From a virus (lineage: Duplodnaviria; Caudoviricetes): a stretch of DNA of 61,644 nucleotides. A program made the position numbers and the translations under genes. Location of the stretch: the IMG/VR virus record IMGVR_UViG_3300037584_003288, positions 1-61,644 of that record; one strand, written 5' to 3'. The notes beneath the pieces are model-generated. The model was not told the DNA's origin and made no database searches. It worked only from the letters and a program-made list of their open reading frames with translations. Below are positions 39,401-46,489 of the stretch, one piece after another; the first letter of the stretch is position 1, and each line of letters starts with the position of its first letter.

Positions 39401-39845
39401 TAATGTCGTTATATTTAGTCTTATTGAAGTCTGACAACTGTTGGCGTAGGTTAATCGCCATTTCCCCCGTCTCGCTCAAGAAATTGAACGCGGGAGCTGA
39501 CCCACGTACTCCGCCATCGTACGCCTCATTAAATATCCTCTGCACTTTTTCGTCAGTGGATACTGCGTAGTAGTCATCATAGGCAGTCTGTACCCCTTTG
39601 ATTAACCCTTCTTCAGTTTCATCCTCCAAAACACGAGCAATAGAAGAATTAGCAAGATCGTTTAGCATAGACCTCTCGTCTATATTTGCTTGAGGAGTGC
39701 CTGTACGCACATAGTCGGCGTAAGCTGCGCGAAGCAGCCGTTCCTCCATCTTATTAGTTGCCAAAGGTAAACCCCGATAGTCAACGGGGTTACTCATTTT
39801 CCACTCCTCGTAAGGAAGCAGCTTATCAAGTTCGGTCAGCGCCAT
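27411..39845 (-). CDS. Giant (4144 aa) internal virion/ejection protein with zincin-like motifs
   Basis: Uninterrupted 12.4-kb ORF. Gly/Ala-rich hydrophobic segments in the N-terminal third, ILHEAGH and EEVIHAVE motifs, a K/A-rich tract, and a C-terminal PF.SF...FR region typical of podovirus core proteins. Confidence 0.8.
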   Translation of the reverse strand: MALTELDKLLPYEEWKMSNPVDYRGLPLATNKMEERLLRAAYADYVRTGTPQANIDERSMLNDLANSSIARVLEDETEEGLIKGVQTAYDDYYAVSTDEKVQRIFNEAYDGGVRGSAPAFNFLSETGEMAINLRQQLSDFNKTKYNDIKDKIDKISGPNKRKPTTKLNYVDGKAVFRSEADDFPELWTVTEEEQAYVDRFTPLMSAYAEEMWPEFKKLMQKQLGAAVIQVPFTDPDTGESRANFLFADDIPDDRKEEALNISVREGLIDPRFKDFAADALDKGRLLEGDKRRSLKEGNYYQARQMIFTALRQSDVEESGGPQSKMSGQLSNLMKQVSLTHTEAGESDVVPFVTTPQGSFLGQTELVKNKRGELVNQDFTAAIEVFRDIYEGSASHLSDEVIGQALQSTAYEMAAGASLMPYHAAKTRLLRQDEKALSKDSASRIANNIYTTEFGEKIIHPQLYVVKKDFETLLEKAEELGTTKESLRLKRLNYLDSNYDSFIETIKNSTADIRDSWNEHVTKAVDSLPLYKTPESGEVGPPELLDKSSLTPDMLRDSSNVQPFRLETMASWLDTESGRNWFNRVGQSAAQGAADLVGSLSMFAGSLVGDAVSFYSEGTFERDRTDAEKFGIDIITNSAREREANRALAAMFGRNQTYGDMLSTMAVPLIIDIGASFVLAAPTGGLATTAVASSALAKSGYAATSKAYAQSLFGFGLRNILKEGAEDTAERSLQKAIAKGYIKKLPSVKKAGKKADELLGTPKLTRPTITPQASRGSSVLMGDTISTRGRAAMDALKGISVGLKRSQYPAIAAPAFLRSSSHTYGDIYMSLQGATGPDGKPLTADEIHDRAFGGATIGGLITVATVVGLQRIGLGGLEDWVTGGATVQQVRRVFEKLRGRKYVGFKQFTGDVIEKVVGRGLKYAFLKGPVAKGAGVEALQEGLDAFLNTYARSKAMEFTSADDWDRPFMDRLKEGGMGAAFGAILGGGLPAAGKLAGKVVTSRQSDESVTRETLPKIARKVEKELKAKLERTGSPETAATVEEILASLEVAARSEPEAVVRQRLAERDQERKEKGIGAQERLSDVDQQIVETQIKLALAETDAEKESLRNEQAGLLTERTLLGEQSEETSTEETKKADQSDEQLQEDNTRNYLGVLGLSSIAEDVINAINDPEAASVDERAAAIGFVREHYKIEKAKIEGDKDSQSVLKEARDYLIEQLETGVTEEKAEQNLSTADGDKIEASIQETLEEGALGNKQPSGSGESVISVTDKEQLILGVFERLKFNEAQRPLGQRRTDEQLEIEAGLFVDRVMQSIRRDVGQVEDLRRIESFEGTLQIKLDEVREELDSLHEAQSRKGTKAYKAGGGRQGRKLGGKYFTEVPNTALISDVELLVGAKETEFETAETVERTARQQELTLLRSLVDVLKSFQSMNKRREEISGENKRLLELEEQVQAQLERDRLAEQRAAAAKKKTTKKKTAKKKAKKAAKKVAKAEEPLEPEPESGDPDQDSDPPASDPSRENFVQNMIASGALKARSEKEAPVAVMGVPNSLGLSAKDKGSVSNEIREEVNKEFPILGMEGKQKAREQLEEIGIVVTDRQWATVVDSKYKFGSSKIYLINDIDGGIFDNGEGNRPNEQVILFNNDPRVMQKAMSATGHLSIPIPVGFSSAQINKTFRGDRGGTTLSQDTREVYDIYYPVGSDLSSEVSILGNKGRAFVANPETITTRIVEKAANLMEFVKSNTPLRTNLTLDNLVDPETGKTPPKYFPQDVSIEEYLELFTDWFNQNQNLQLPLTSDKVAFVTGMPDPELDQSEQSIRQIYLMGLYARAQRAAVEVAILQALASKSEGQSDADVVASVVSPSVDISGETENNPTFKKALENFRSMVGEDVSVTSGRGAAAFALSEFLMGEPIAKKSQILEAKKADEDLDVVEFILNRIAQQVRASEKGRNKGAAEETLQRSVPNLYNPSRDLIKLQVDRAKSVYANVDARGMANGAQSQDDDSRPPEDTGLAMGAKVAETTKSVSGEAREADRQLREIPNAFAVKQGIYTRFIALLNANEGVAAALEGFFAGVNEDVVDLLPQATLEDTYIELRESLLSAVDLPEDSRARLVKLRKQFLTSFATAAQGEPDAFFALAELLSSDLVSTINGGVEGTFDLLGDAFEGANKSIGDVSLDQIATIVKLERVARKNNAPSFISAEHQRAVSNLNRAEVNKLGLVDGDSSSLTRAITMIAESNPDKFGESYDPRLKSFARLLLTFESYLGVGTEFKIVQGATHYAGSYDSETNTIYLNLNGRYGEGVASTILHEAGHAVFAKLMTAPDDELTPQQRAARKQMQVVYEKARDQWLKAKKRGVADPLMDYVFGTGRRVVRSGPRSQPTEDFRKGVADQSSIVDPVTGLRLYDVNPSGRPLTFATGFGSLAGGELSPTGDQADLDLAVPLGMTGDVILSRARGFEEYYTTMISSSSFQFATRKVAVENRSLFQRFMDLLAKLFGRETAVERDAVEAIQAVFDFTQARGADEYTVSPDEEQDFVIAQVQALVEQDNIIRRRTGDLVMGVLGSPQTVEDPLNLTRGARTFFGQATAEFDLYQEYSRKISELKEDSEAPTFSIDGTRRPPIGILIDSLRRRQSRLITERLIKNEVDRQVPSGIRVVYVDKGDPLPHYPEDFVTDEIAYAVSTGRKAPQPDKVEGSPVPTVVFVIDNMIDEYGLDSALDQLAMSDEVPVKKFSAGSLFFNERSNRNIIKRRARAKAFQIKDELEAIVSEEVIHAVEKLVITKAERRAIFEELGDDGLADMMEEYQRISPRHMRRYEKLGMRTDDPYITEGKERVEAVRAGDRIARTNALSEGLRLEVQRRIKSGRATEDVAMEGESNLEYDPSRPLLMKLVKRQLLGIFNKVVRRLSDIGVGVSDDIHYPKYRAMVQRIHQSLKILQDGELEALGMSVDIDTSFDPADPDRGINRAMRAFQDATDISNGEGSQKAEEFLRHKITESIRVGHLYENGKWVPSKGISTLMGYKMDPRVTRILRDYERWSESINALLKSDMREMEKSLRKAFGKEPTAEILTALNTAAGTTDTLKVDSETVKRVKANRRSVVNKVRAEVRANKRPAEHISPAAIANMKLTLEDRVLSQLQMNKVRDFRVKQQEAIEFLEEQGGSEVVSTIKKVRASIDGLSKLISENYRLGDRDGSKIELIFDRSLGIYLTRGYRIYNDIAYLNEVMKEGGKFQARRDAAMPFFEAQLLKAQKKIERKGMDALVESLEKGAKFSDAAKESEAKALKKLSKKEFSEEVTRRAELSVAKKGGGLESMNTFLENVRDIATKKADRINIAKIKKEQGAGVAAITKVQVDNLRAKGDIDEGVRYLLGQFGLEQTDDGSFSEQGLTSLFATVSNQIRMAESIGFLNDLIEIGGVKDGNMKDAFVFTFKQAEEAGLTKPDAKPYVHLKTGDRLKPISEEQKGQGLQGVFDPTFDMYVPEELYRSLKIFQGVSRGNVATTLFSAADRSTAMRPLILGAAHLVNAYLKLNSLFMLSKTVANIPAYHIRNTLTALTSYGLANLVNPARMMAEFVKAAARSGFLIKDPRYRTERSVLLQRLGIDQGQIELGYINQLSSDNQSNPYGIFYDATRDLMSLTNKDMTEQGLIKKGLIKIGKAGAFVPGVILRRLASVAQGIDSATKIAMFDTELDAIKKAKQYDIDNGVDTGFLTMTDEQMEFDAARKVRAMAPTYSEAPISAKALRKFNAFHMDPFLSFWLDQFRIVYNQVAAIPKEEMASENPVISARGAKRLASAVTVHGGISVGLPVASAMLLGINPTDEEEELLKEAAPPWGKLNRYIYLPGGLAKTLFGFMGDFEKGKLYAVDLTYINAASPVFDGMTSGVLELMRGDYKTAMTNLFGGYLKRFFNDGFMKATIDEVIANEDGKSFKESDEGAERLMGILKRTAERLVEPGNIRRLRQYYDLQNADDQDLRVSLQETITQIIAPASPREVRLGEAIRKAARRLNDERTQLVNDTFNDLADGSASLSGPEGDLEIERMAKRVVDNRLKSDQELIRLVETAKSFEQFGLNDQNVRVMLKRAGVGDARSLGIVKYGATERYIPSLQAQRRFLMDDKEFMADRFRRFQAALQKFGPKHRFTDPETGKRITDLKD

Positions 39846-39867
39846 ACTTAATTATGTAGTTAATGAT

Positions 39868-41088
39868 TTAGTCTTTTGGAAATAGGTCTTTAGCCTTGTC
39901 TTCTTTCTCAGGACTTACAGTAGCCCCCGCATCACTCGGGATTGTAGATACTCCTAACTTCACAGCAGTATCTTCTAAGTTGTTTCTTTCCTCAGAAAGG
40001 TAATCAATAATGTTTTCGTAAAGCGTATCCGCAAATTGGTCAAAAGGGGATCTGCTGGCCTTCTCCATTACCGTGTCGGGTTGTCCGACCTCAAACGCGT
40101 CCTTAGCTTGTTCTTTGGTCGCCCCTACTTTTTCTTTAAATTCTTCCTCACTAAGATCTCCTAGTAACGAAAGGTAATCTTTGTAAACGCTTCGTACAAA
40201 AATAGGATCATTTATCGCTCGCGAAGCGGCTAGACCTCCTAGTTGGTCCTCTAGTTTTTGTTCCATAGTCGCAGCCATGAACTTTCTCTTACTAGTAACT
40301 TTGTCGTAAAGCTCGTCTGCTCGTTTAATACGAGATGAAACGCGTGCTCTCTGCTCTCCTAAATCTTTCTTACCCACGCTTAAAACTCTTCGGAAAGCGT
40401 TGACGTTTCGATCTCGCTGAAAAGTATCGAAAGCTTTTTCATACACTTCCTCCAGCGGTGTTGGCGTCCCTTTCCCGTCTTTGTCAGCAACTAAACCTTT
40501 GTGATACAAAAGTAAATCGTCGTAATCAGCCATCAGCCCCGCCCGTTCTTCACGGAAGCTCTCCGCATTTGTTATTTTTTTCGCCCCCTGCGTAAACTGC
40601 TCCTCAAACATCCCTTCAAGGGCTACTCTATTTTCGTCCTGATTAATCAGGCTACGCAAACCAAAGTCGCTATACATCTCTCTAGCTCTGCTAAGATTTT
40701 CTCTCATCTGAGCCACAGACGCAGGAACAACAAGACTAGCATCCTCTGGGTCAGGCACTCGATCAATAGTGCTAATTGCACTACGAACCTTATTAAAACT
40801 TTCTTGGATCTTAGAAAGATTGTTTTCGGCGGCCTTTGCCTGATCTTGTGCCCCCTTTAACTTGGCGATACTCGCTTCTAGCTCTTTCTTCTTAAGGTCC
40901 GCAATCTCTCGATCATTTAACCGTTTTGTTATGCGGTCGTACGTATTTGTAATACTCTCAACGCGTGGTGCCACATCGCGCTGATATCGCATTTCAAGAT
41001 CTCTACGCTCGTCAGAGGTGAGGTTAGACCTCATCCCAAATGTATTCTTCAGGGCGCGTACTCCCCTTCTTAAGTCTGGTTCAGCCAC
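39868..41088 (-). CDS. Probable internal virion protein (coiled-coil)
   Basis: 406 aa, helical, directly upstream of the giant gene. Confidence 0.65.
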   Translation of the reverse strand: MAEPDLRRGVRALKNTFGMRSNLTSDERRDLEMRYQRDVAPRVESITNTYDRITKRLNDREIADLKKKELEASIAKLKGAQDQAKAAENNLSKIQESFNKVRSAISTIDRVPDPEDASLVVPASVAQMRENLSRAREMYSDFGLRSLINQDENRVALEGMFEEQFTQGAKKITNAESFREERAGLMADYDDLLLYHKGLVADKDGKGTPTPLEEVYEKAFDTFQRDRNVNAFRRVLSVGKKDLGEQRARVSSRIKRADELYDKVTSKRKFMAATMEQKLEDQLGGLAASRAINDPIFVRSVYKDYLSLLGDLSEEEFKEKVGATKEQAKDAFEVGQPDTVMEKASRSPFDQFADTLYENIIDYLSEERNNLEDTAVKLGVSTIPSDAGATVSPEKEDKAKDLFPKD

Positions 41089-41099
41089 AACTGCCTTAG

Positions 41100-41663
41100 T
41101 TAGTCTTTTTTATCGGCCTCTTCTCTTTTTTTGGCCTCTCTGATTCGTTTCTTTGCTTCCGCCATTGCCGCCTTTCTGTCTAAATTTTTTACCCGTTCTT
41201 CCTGTCGTTTCCGTCTGTCCGCTTGTCTTTGAATTTGATCTCTGCGCCTACGTTGTTCTTGGCTGACAATATTAGGCTCATTCCTACGAGCTTCTTCTTG
41301 TTTCCTCCGCGCTTCCGCTGCTCCTGCAAGATCACCTTCTCTCGCCGCACCTCGTGCCTCTTGGCCATACTTACTTGATTCTGGAGAAACCGTTCTCTTA
41401 GTATCTTGTCCTACCCCAGTAGCCACCGAACCTGCCAAAGCAGTGTTGCCCCCAAAGCTCGCCCCTTGCATTGCATCCTGTCTATCTAAGCCCGGAGTCT
41501 TTGGATTAGCTCCAGCTCCAAAGTTACTTATATTATTTTCTCTTAGCTCTCTTTTCTTTGTATTAAAATTAGCAATAGATTTTTGGCGGTTCGCTGCCAT
41601 CTGCATCCGCAGACGTTTCTGTTCCTCACGCCTTTGTAAGATTCTATTAAGAAGAGAACTCAT
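41100..41663 (-). CDS. Probable internal virion protein (basic, R/E-rich)
   Basis: 187 aa, preceded by a leaderless promoter. Confidence 0.65.
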   Translation of the reverse strand: MSSLLNRILQRREEQKRLRMQMAANRQKSIANFNTKKRELRENNISNFGAGANPKTPGLDRQDAMQGASFGGNTALAGSVATGVGQDTKRTVSPESSKYGQEARGAAREGDLAGAAEARRKQEEARRNEPNIVSQEQRRRRDQIQRQADRRKRQEERVKNLDRKAAMAEAKKRIREAKKREEADKKD

Positions 41664-41668
41664 GCCTG

Positions 41669-41696
41669 ATACTATATTTCAGGGTTTAAAAGTCAA
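41669..41696 (-). promoter_or_regulatory. Sigma70-like leaderless promoter
   Basis: TTGACT-16-TAGTAT, 5 nt before ATG 41663. Confidence 0.55.
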
Positions 41697-43477
41697 TCCA
41701 GCAATACCGCGTCAGGGTTCTGCAAAGCTCCACTTAACTGCTTGATGGTCACAGGCGGGCGAACAGGACCCGATCCTGACTGAGGTGGGTCAATCGCTAC
41801 AAGACCAAGACGCTGGCGAGCACAGTCTAAGGCAAGAAACGCAGCATCTGCTAAGTCAGGGCTCTTTCCAAATCGTCCTTTGAATTCAGGCTTTGGCTCA
41901 ATCTTTACTTTCAGCGACCCGCTTTTAACTAGCTCGTAGTTTCGCGCCGTAATTTCCTGTGCTAAATCAGCCTGTATTCCAAACATCTGTTTCGTTCGCA
42001 TCAATTCTTTTCCCACAAACCACATCTCGGACACCCGATTTGTGTACATTTCAGCGCCTGTGAGCTTACTGCTAAGACTCACCCGCTTGTCGCTAGGCTT
42101 CCCACCAAAGCTTACTCGAAGAAAATTACCTGCCCACTCCCCTGCCAGAACGTCACAGAAAGGGGCTCCCGCTCCAGTAGCGTCAACCGCTACGTTTTCT
42201 GCGGATATGTTTCGTTTCTGGCAGTGTTCCTTAATTTGCCTGACAATTTGATAAGTTCGAGGAACCGCTTTATTTGTAGCGTCATCGTTAAGATGTATGG
42301 CTTCCCCGAACTCTATTACGTATTGACCGGATTTATCGTACCCCACGGCTGCGGTGTACAGAATTGTACGGTCACCCCCATTCGTAAATGCGGGGTCGCA
42401 CCCAGCAATGTACGTGGGCTTTCCGGCCCACTCCACTTTGTTCATAGCCCCAGACGTAGAAAGCTCTGATTCACTGTAAATGCCTGTGGTCTCGTCTGAA
42501 TCAAAGAAAACAGCACGAACCATTCGCATATAGCCCCGAGACTCCACGCCCAGAAGAGCTTTATCCTCATCAAGCTTTTCTTGTGTGGGGAGCCATGGAT
42601 AAACAGTTTCTCCCGCGACAATGTTGGGTGAGCGTTCACCATCCAATCTAAGATAATGTCCACCCCACTTTGTTTCCCATTTATCGTATGTGTTTGTATC
42701 TACAGAATCCCAGCCATTCTTAGGTTGTGACCATATACCAAATGCATCGAACCGGCTATTTGGGTTCGACATACCGATAAGTTGAAACTCAGGGTTCTTA
42801 GAAAGGTTGGTAAGGCCAGCTTGTAAAATTGCTTCGGATAATTCCGACAACTCATCCCCGATGAGAATCACGCGTTTCTGTTTTATACCAATAAATTTTC
42901 CTACAGCCTCACGAGTCTTAGATTTCTCAGCAGAAATAAGGCTGAGGCCCGCCCGCTCAATCAAAGTCTGATTCTCATCTACATACGCAGCGTTACCAAT
43001 AGAGTCCCTGATTTTTATTGGAGCCCCTTCAATCACTGTAAGTAAAGACATGACCGATCCCCAGATACGTTTCCGCGCTTCACGTAAAGTAGTAGAAGTC
43101 ATCAAGACAAGCGTGTCTTTAGGCTGAGATAACCAATTAACTATTCCCCAAGCTGCCATTGTATGAGACTTTCCTGAAGAAGCAGACCCACCAATCGCTA
43201 GATACTTATGCTCGATGGCACACTGAATCATCTCTTCGGCCCATGGGTGCCTCACCATCAATTTTTCAGGAAGGTCTGGATGATTCCACAACTCGTCGCA
43301 CACTCTCCAAAAGTAATACTCTTTTGCCTTGGCATGTGTGTGGTGTGCAAATCCGTATAGTAAAGCAGTAATTAAACTTGTAGGGGGTATGAGTAACCCG
43401 CCAACATCCATGCGTTTACTTTTCGGATCAATACTCGGTTCTAGTATCTGCTTGTAGGTCTTCTTCTTTGAAGCCAT
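41693..43477 (-). CDS. terL: Terminase large subunit
   Basis: Walker A GSASSGKS, Walker B ILIGDE, coupling motif MSNP, nuclease GCDPA / VDATG / SPDLADA. Confidence 0.92.
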   Translation of the reverse strand: MASKKKTYKQILEPSIDPKSKRMDVGGLLIPPTSLITALLYGFAHHTHAKAKEYYFWRVCDELWNHPDLPEKLMVRHPWAEEMIQCAIEHKYLAIGGSASSGKSHTMAAWGIVNWLSQPKDTLVLMTSTTLREARKRIWGSVMSLLTVIEGAPIKIRDSIGNAAYVDENQTLIERAGLSLISAEKSKTREAVGKFIGIKQKRVILIGDELSELSEAILQAGLTNLSKNPEFQLIGMSNPNSRFDAFGIWSQPKNGWDSVDTNTYDKWETKWGGHYLRLDGERSPNIVAGETVYPWLPTQEKLDEDKALLGVESRGYMRMVRAVFFDSDETTGIYSESELSTSGAMNKVEWAGKPTYIAGCDPAFTNGGDRTILYTAAVGYDKSGQYVIEFGEAIHLNDDATNKAVPRTYQIVRQIKEHCQKRNISAENVAVDATGAGAPFCDVLAGEWAGNFLRVSFGGKPSDKRVSLSSKLTGAEMYTNRVSEMWFVGKELMRTKQMFGIQADLAQEITARNYELVKSGSLKVKIEPKPEFKGRFGKSPDLADAAFLALDCARQRLGLVAIDPPQSGSGPVRPPVTIKQLSGALQNPDAVLLD

Positions 43478-43507
43478 AATTAAACCACGAAAGTAATTAC
43501 AGTTCTT

Positions 43508-44101
43508 GTGAGTGACAACCCCAAAGACGAGCTAAAGAAAAGGGCTCTAGAAATGCACGAGAAGAACTACAAGATGAACGTAATCGCACGCGAACTTGGA
43601 GTTCATTCAGGAACTGTGCGTCGTTGGTTCAAAGCGATGGGTCTTCCGCCAAGAAAAGGGGGTAACGTGCCGCACGTTCCTGTAGTCAGTAGCGAACCTC
43701 CCGTCGACCAGTTAGGGGCTGACATTGATGGAGAACTAGAAAACATGACGGACGAAGCTATTCTTTGCGCTCAGCACGACGCTCGAAACGAAGAAGATCA
43801 GTCTATGATGGAGATTGCCGAGAGGCAGTCTACCCCTGCTGACAAGTATCAGCACTATATTGCCGCAGCGGGTATAAAGCTTTTACGAGACAGTGTAAAA
43901 AATCTTCGTGGTCCTAAGACTGTCAGAGAGCTGTCGGAACTAGACCAGCTAATACGGAGGAATCTAGGTCTAAACGCCAAAGGTGGGGGCAGCAGCTCCA
44001 TGCAAATAGACATATCTATTCTCAATAACACCAAAGCGGACAGAGGGGGAGGTGCTATTTCCCCTAAAAAGGTCATAGATATAGACCCAGACAATGATTA
44101 A
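43508..44101 (+). CDS. HTH protein, candidate terminase small subunit
   Basis: N-terminal HTH (MNVIARELGVHSGTVRRWF) and helical C-terminus. Divergent from terL across a 30-bp gap. Confidence 0.55.
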   Translation: MSDNPKDELKKRALEMHEKNYKMNVIARELGVHSGTVRRWFKAMGLPPRKGGNVPHVPVVSSEPPVDQLGADIDGELENMTDEAILCAQHDARNEEDQSMMEIAERQSTPADKYQHYIAAAGIKLLRDSVKNLRGPKTVRELSELDQLIRRNLGLNAKGGGSSSMQIDISILNNTKADRGGGAISPKKVIDIDPDND

Positions 44102-44429
44102 CAACTTCGATGACTTCGGCTCTGGGCGTATGGATGATCTGTCTTTTGACAGGTTAGCCCACATACAACCCACAGACGAACCGGATGAAGACGAAGGGAA
44201 ACCATTCATACTGTTAGCTGAGTTGCAAGACGCTTTGATTGGAGTAATCGAAGGAGCGGACACCCACCCCCGAGCATGTTACAGCATAAACATGGTAAAG
44301 ATTATCCTTCAGGAGAAACACGATTTAACCGAAGACCTAGCACAAGAAGCTTTAGATACTCTTGTAAGAACTTACTTAGGCCCTTCTACACCATGCTTTT
44401 TAGACACAAGTATCCTCGCAGATGAGTGA
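44094..44429 (+). CDS. Hypothetical protein
   Basis: 111 aa, DALIGV...ACYS...G..TP.F pattern seen in phage proteins. Confidence 0.7.
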   Translation: MINNFDDFGSGRMDDLSFDRLAHIQPTDEPDEDEGKPFILLAELQDALIGVIEGADTHPRACYSINMVKIILQEKHDLTEDLAQEALDTLVRTYLGPSTPCFLDTSILADE

Positions 44430-44670
44430 GTTGTTTCCAAATAAAGTGAAAGCGGTAAAACCTACCGCTATGGTGAAAGTTCCGCTTCCCGACATAAACG
44501 ATTTCAAGTTTAAGAAAGTTGAACTTGTCGGGAGCTTTTATCGGGTGATTCCTAAAACAGGAAAAGAGGTAGGGTTCCTCCGCTGCCTGCAAAAGAATAT
44601 GGATCTTTTCGTTCCCGAATCAGGTAATGGTCTGCTAGTCTCGTCTAAGCTAATAGACGAACTTGTATGA
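44422..44670 (+). CDS. Hypothetical protein
   Basis: 82 aa, overlaps both neighbours. Confidence 0.6.
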   Translation: MSELFPNKVKAVKPTAMVKVPLPDINDFKFKKVELVGSFYRVIPKTGKEVGFLRCLQKNMDLFVPESGNGLLVSSKLIDELV

Positions 44671-45149
44671 TCGTAGGCGTAGACAACGGATTAGACGGAG
44701 GGCTTTGTGCTATCTCTAAACACGACGGTTCTATAATCGACAAGGTAGCAATGCCTTGTTTGCAGCGATCTAAGAAACGAGAAGTAGATGTCCGCAAAGT
44801 TCATGGCTGGTTGATGGATCTATGCACCCCGTTCACACTAGCAATCGAAGAACCATTGGCCCACGCGAAAAGTTCGCAAGCTGTTCGATCTATGGCTCTA
44901 AGCTTTGGTAAGCTTTTAGGTATGGCTGAGTCCAGAGGTTACGAAGTTAATCGGATTAGCGTACACAAATGGCAAAAGCAGATGTTAGGAAACACCGCTA
45001 AAGGGTTTACTAAGATCGCGGCCTTGAATACAGCAGAGCGTCTTGCCCCTGAAGAGAACTGGCTAAAGAACAAGAGATGCCGCACCCCTCATGACGGGAT
45101 GATTGACGCCTATCTCATAGCCCGCTACCTCTTTGAGAAAATAAATTAA
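44667..45149 (+). CDS. RuvC-like Holliday junction resolvase
   Basis: IVGVDNGLDGG, IEEP, W.K and DGMIDA acidic catalytic motifs. Confidence 0.85.
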   Translation: MIVGVDNGLDGGLCAISKHDGSIIDKVAMPCLQRSKKREVDVRKVHGWLMDLCTPFTLAIEEPLAHAKSSQAVRSMALSFGKLLGMAESRGYEVNRISVHKWQKQMLGNTAKGFTKIAALNTAERLAPEENWLKNKRCRTPHDGMIDAYLIARYLFEKIN

Positions 45150-45193
45150 ATAATTTTCTGGTTACCCACATAATCTGTGGTAAACACGCCGCC

Positions 45194-46489
45194 GTGAAAT
45201 CACTTTACCCACGGCAACAAGACGCAGCGGATTTTTTCCTAAGCAAATTATTAAGTAGGATAAACACCCTAGACGGGTCTCATACCGGTTGTGGTAAAAC
45301 CGTAGTGGCCTGCTACCTCGCAAAAATGCTCGGGTTCCCCGTAGCCGTTATTTGCCCCAAGGCTGTTATACCTAGTTGGGAAAGAGAACTCAAAGAGTTT
45401 GGTATCGACCCTATTTTTGTTCTCAACTACGAGAAGATACGAACAGGTAACACTCAATACATGACCCGCAAAGGTAAGAAGATCTTTAAATGGTTAATCC
45501 CACGAGATACCTTTGTGCTCGTAGATGAAATCCATAAAGCGAAGGGTCCGTTCACACTCAACGCGCAACTACTTATCTCTCTAGTTCTGCAAAAATACAG
45601 AGTTCACGGAATGTCAGCCACCGCGAGTGAGACCCCCGCAGAGATGAGGGCACTAGGGTTTTGTCTGGGTCTCCATTCGCTGAACAAAGATGTATTCCCC
45701 CTACAGAACTGGTTCAAGTGGATGCGTAAAAAAGGATGTTACAAAGACCAGTGGAATAATTGGAAGCTGCTTAGGAGCAACGCCTTAAAAGAATTACATT
45801 CAGAGATGTATGGGGAGTGTGCTTACAAGCTCTCTGTCAAAGACTTCCCAGATTCTTTCCGCGACAATATGATCTTTGTTGAGCCTATTGAATTCAAAGA
45901 CTCAAAGAAAATAATGAACGCATACGAGGAGTTAGGAATAACACCCGACATTATCACCGACTACATTGAGAAAGGGACGGTGTCAGACAGTGAACATTTA
46001 ATTGTTAATCTCGGTCGAGCGAGACAACTAGCCGAATCTTTCAAAGTCGCTGAAATGGTAGAGACGGCAAACGATCTTATTCATGAAGGAAACAGTGTGG
46101 TCCTATTCGTTAATTACAAAGCTACTGTGGACTCTCTGTGTAGCTTACTAAAATGCGGTAGGATAGAAGGGGGGCAGTCAGCGGAGGAAAGACAAACTGT
46201 GATTGATGACTTTCAGTCCGATGAGACGCACTGTATTGTGGCTAATATTGCGGCGGGAGGTACGGGTATTTCTCTTCACGACACCCACGGTAATCGCCCC
46301 CGTATATCTCTTATAAGCCCTACGTTTGATGCTAAAAGCTACCTACAAACCCTAGGTCGGATACATCGAAACGGGGCTAAGAGTGACTCTATACAAAAGA
46401 TCCTAGTCGCCGCAGGAACAGTCGAAGAATCTGTTATGGCGTCGGTGCAACGCAAAGCAAAGAACATCCAAGAACTACACGGAGAATGA
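45194..46489 (+). CDS. Superfamily 2 DNA helicase
   Basis: TGCGKT, DEIH, SAT, GTGISL and QTLGRIHR motifs. Confidence 0.92.
   Translation: MKSLYPRQQDAADFFLSKLLSRINTLDGSHTGCGKTVVACYLAKMLGFPVAVICPKAVIPSWERELKEFGIDPIFVLNYEKIRTGNTQYMTRKGKKIFKWLIPRDTFVLVDEIHKAKGPFTLNAQLLISLVLQKYRVHGMSATASETPAEMRALGFCLGLHSLNKDVFPLQNWFKWMRKKGCYKDQWNNWKLLRSNALKELHSEMYGECAYKLSVKDFPDSFRDNMIFVEPIEFKDSKKIMNAYEELGITPDIITDYIEKGTVSDSEHLIVNLGRARQLAESFKVAEMVETANDLIHEGNSVVLFVNYKATVDSLCSLLKCGRIEGGQSAEERQTVIDDFQSDETHCIVANIAAGGTGISLHDTHGNRPRISLISPTFDAKSYLQTLGRIHRNGAKSDSIQKILVAAGTVEESVMASVQRKAKNIQELHGE

Noticed and set aside
27411-39845. N4- or crAss-like virion RNA polymerase
   Set aside because: The size is suggestive, but no catalytic DxDGD or T7-type polymerase motifs were noticed.
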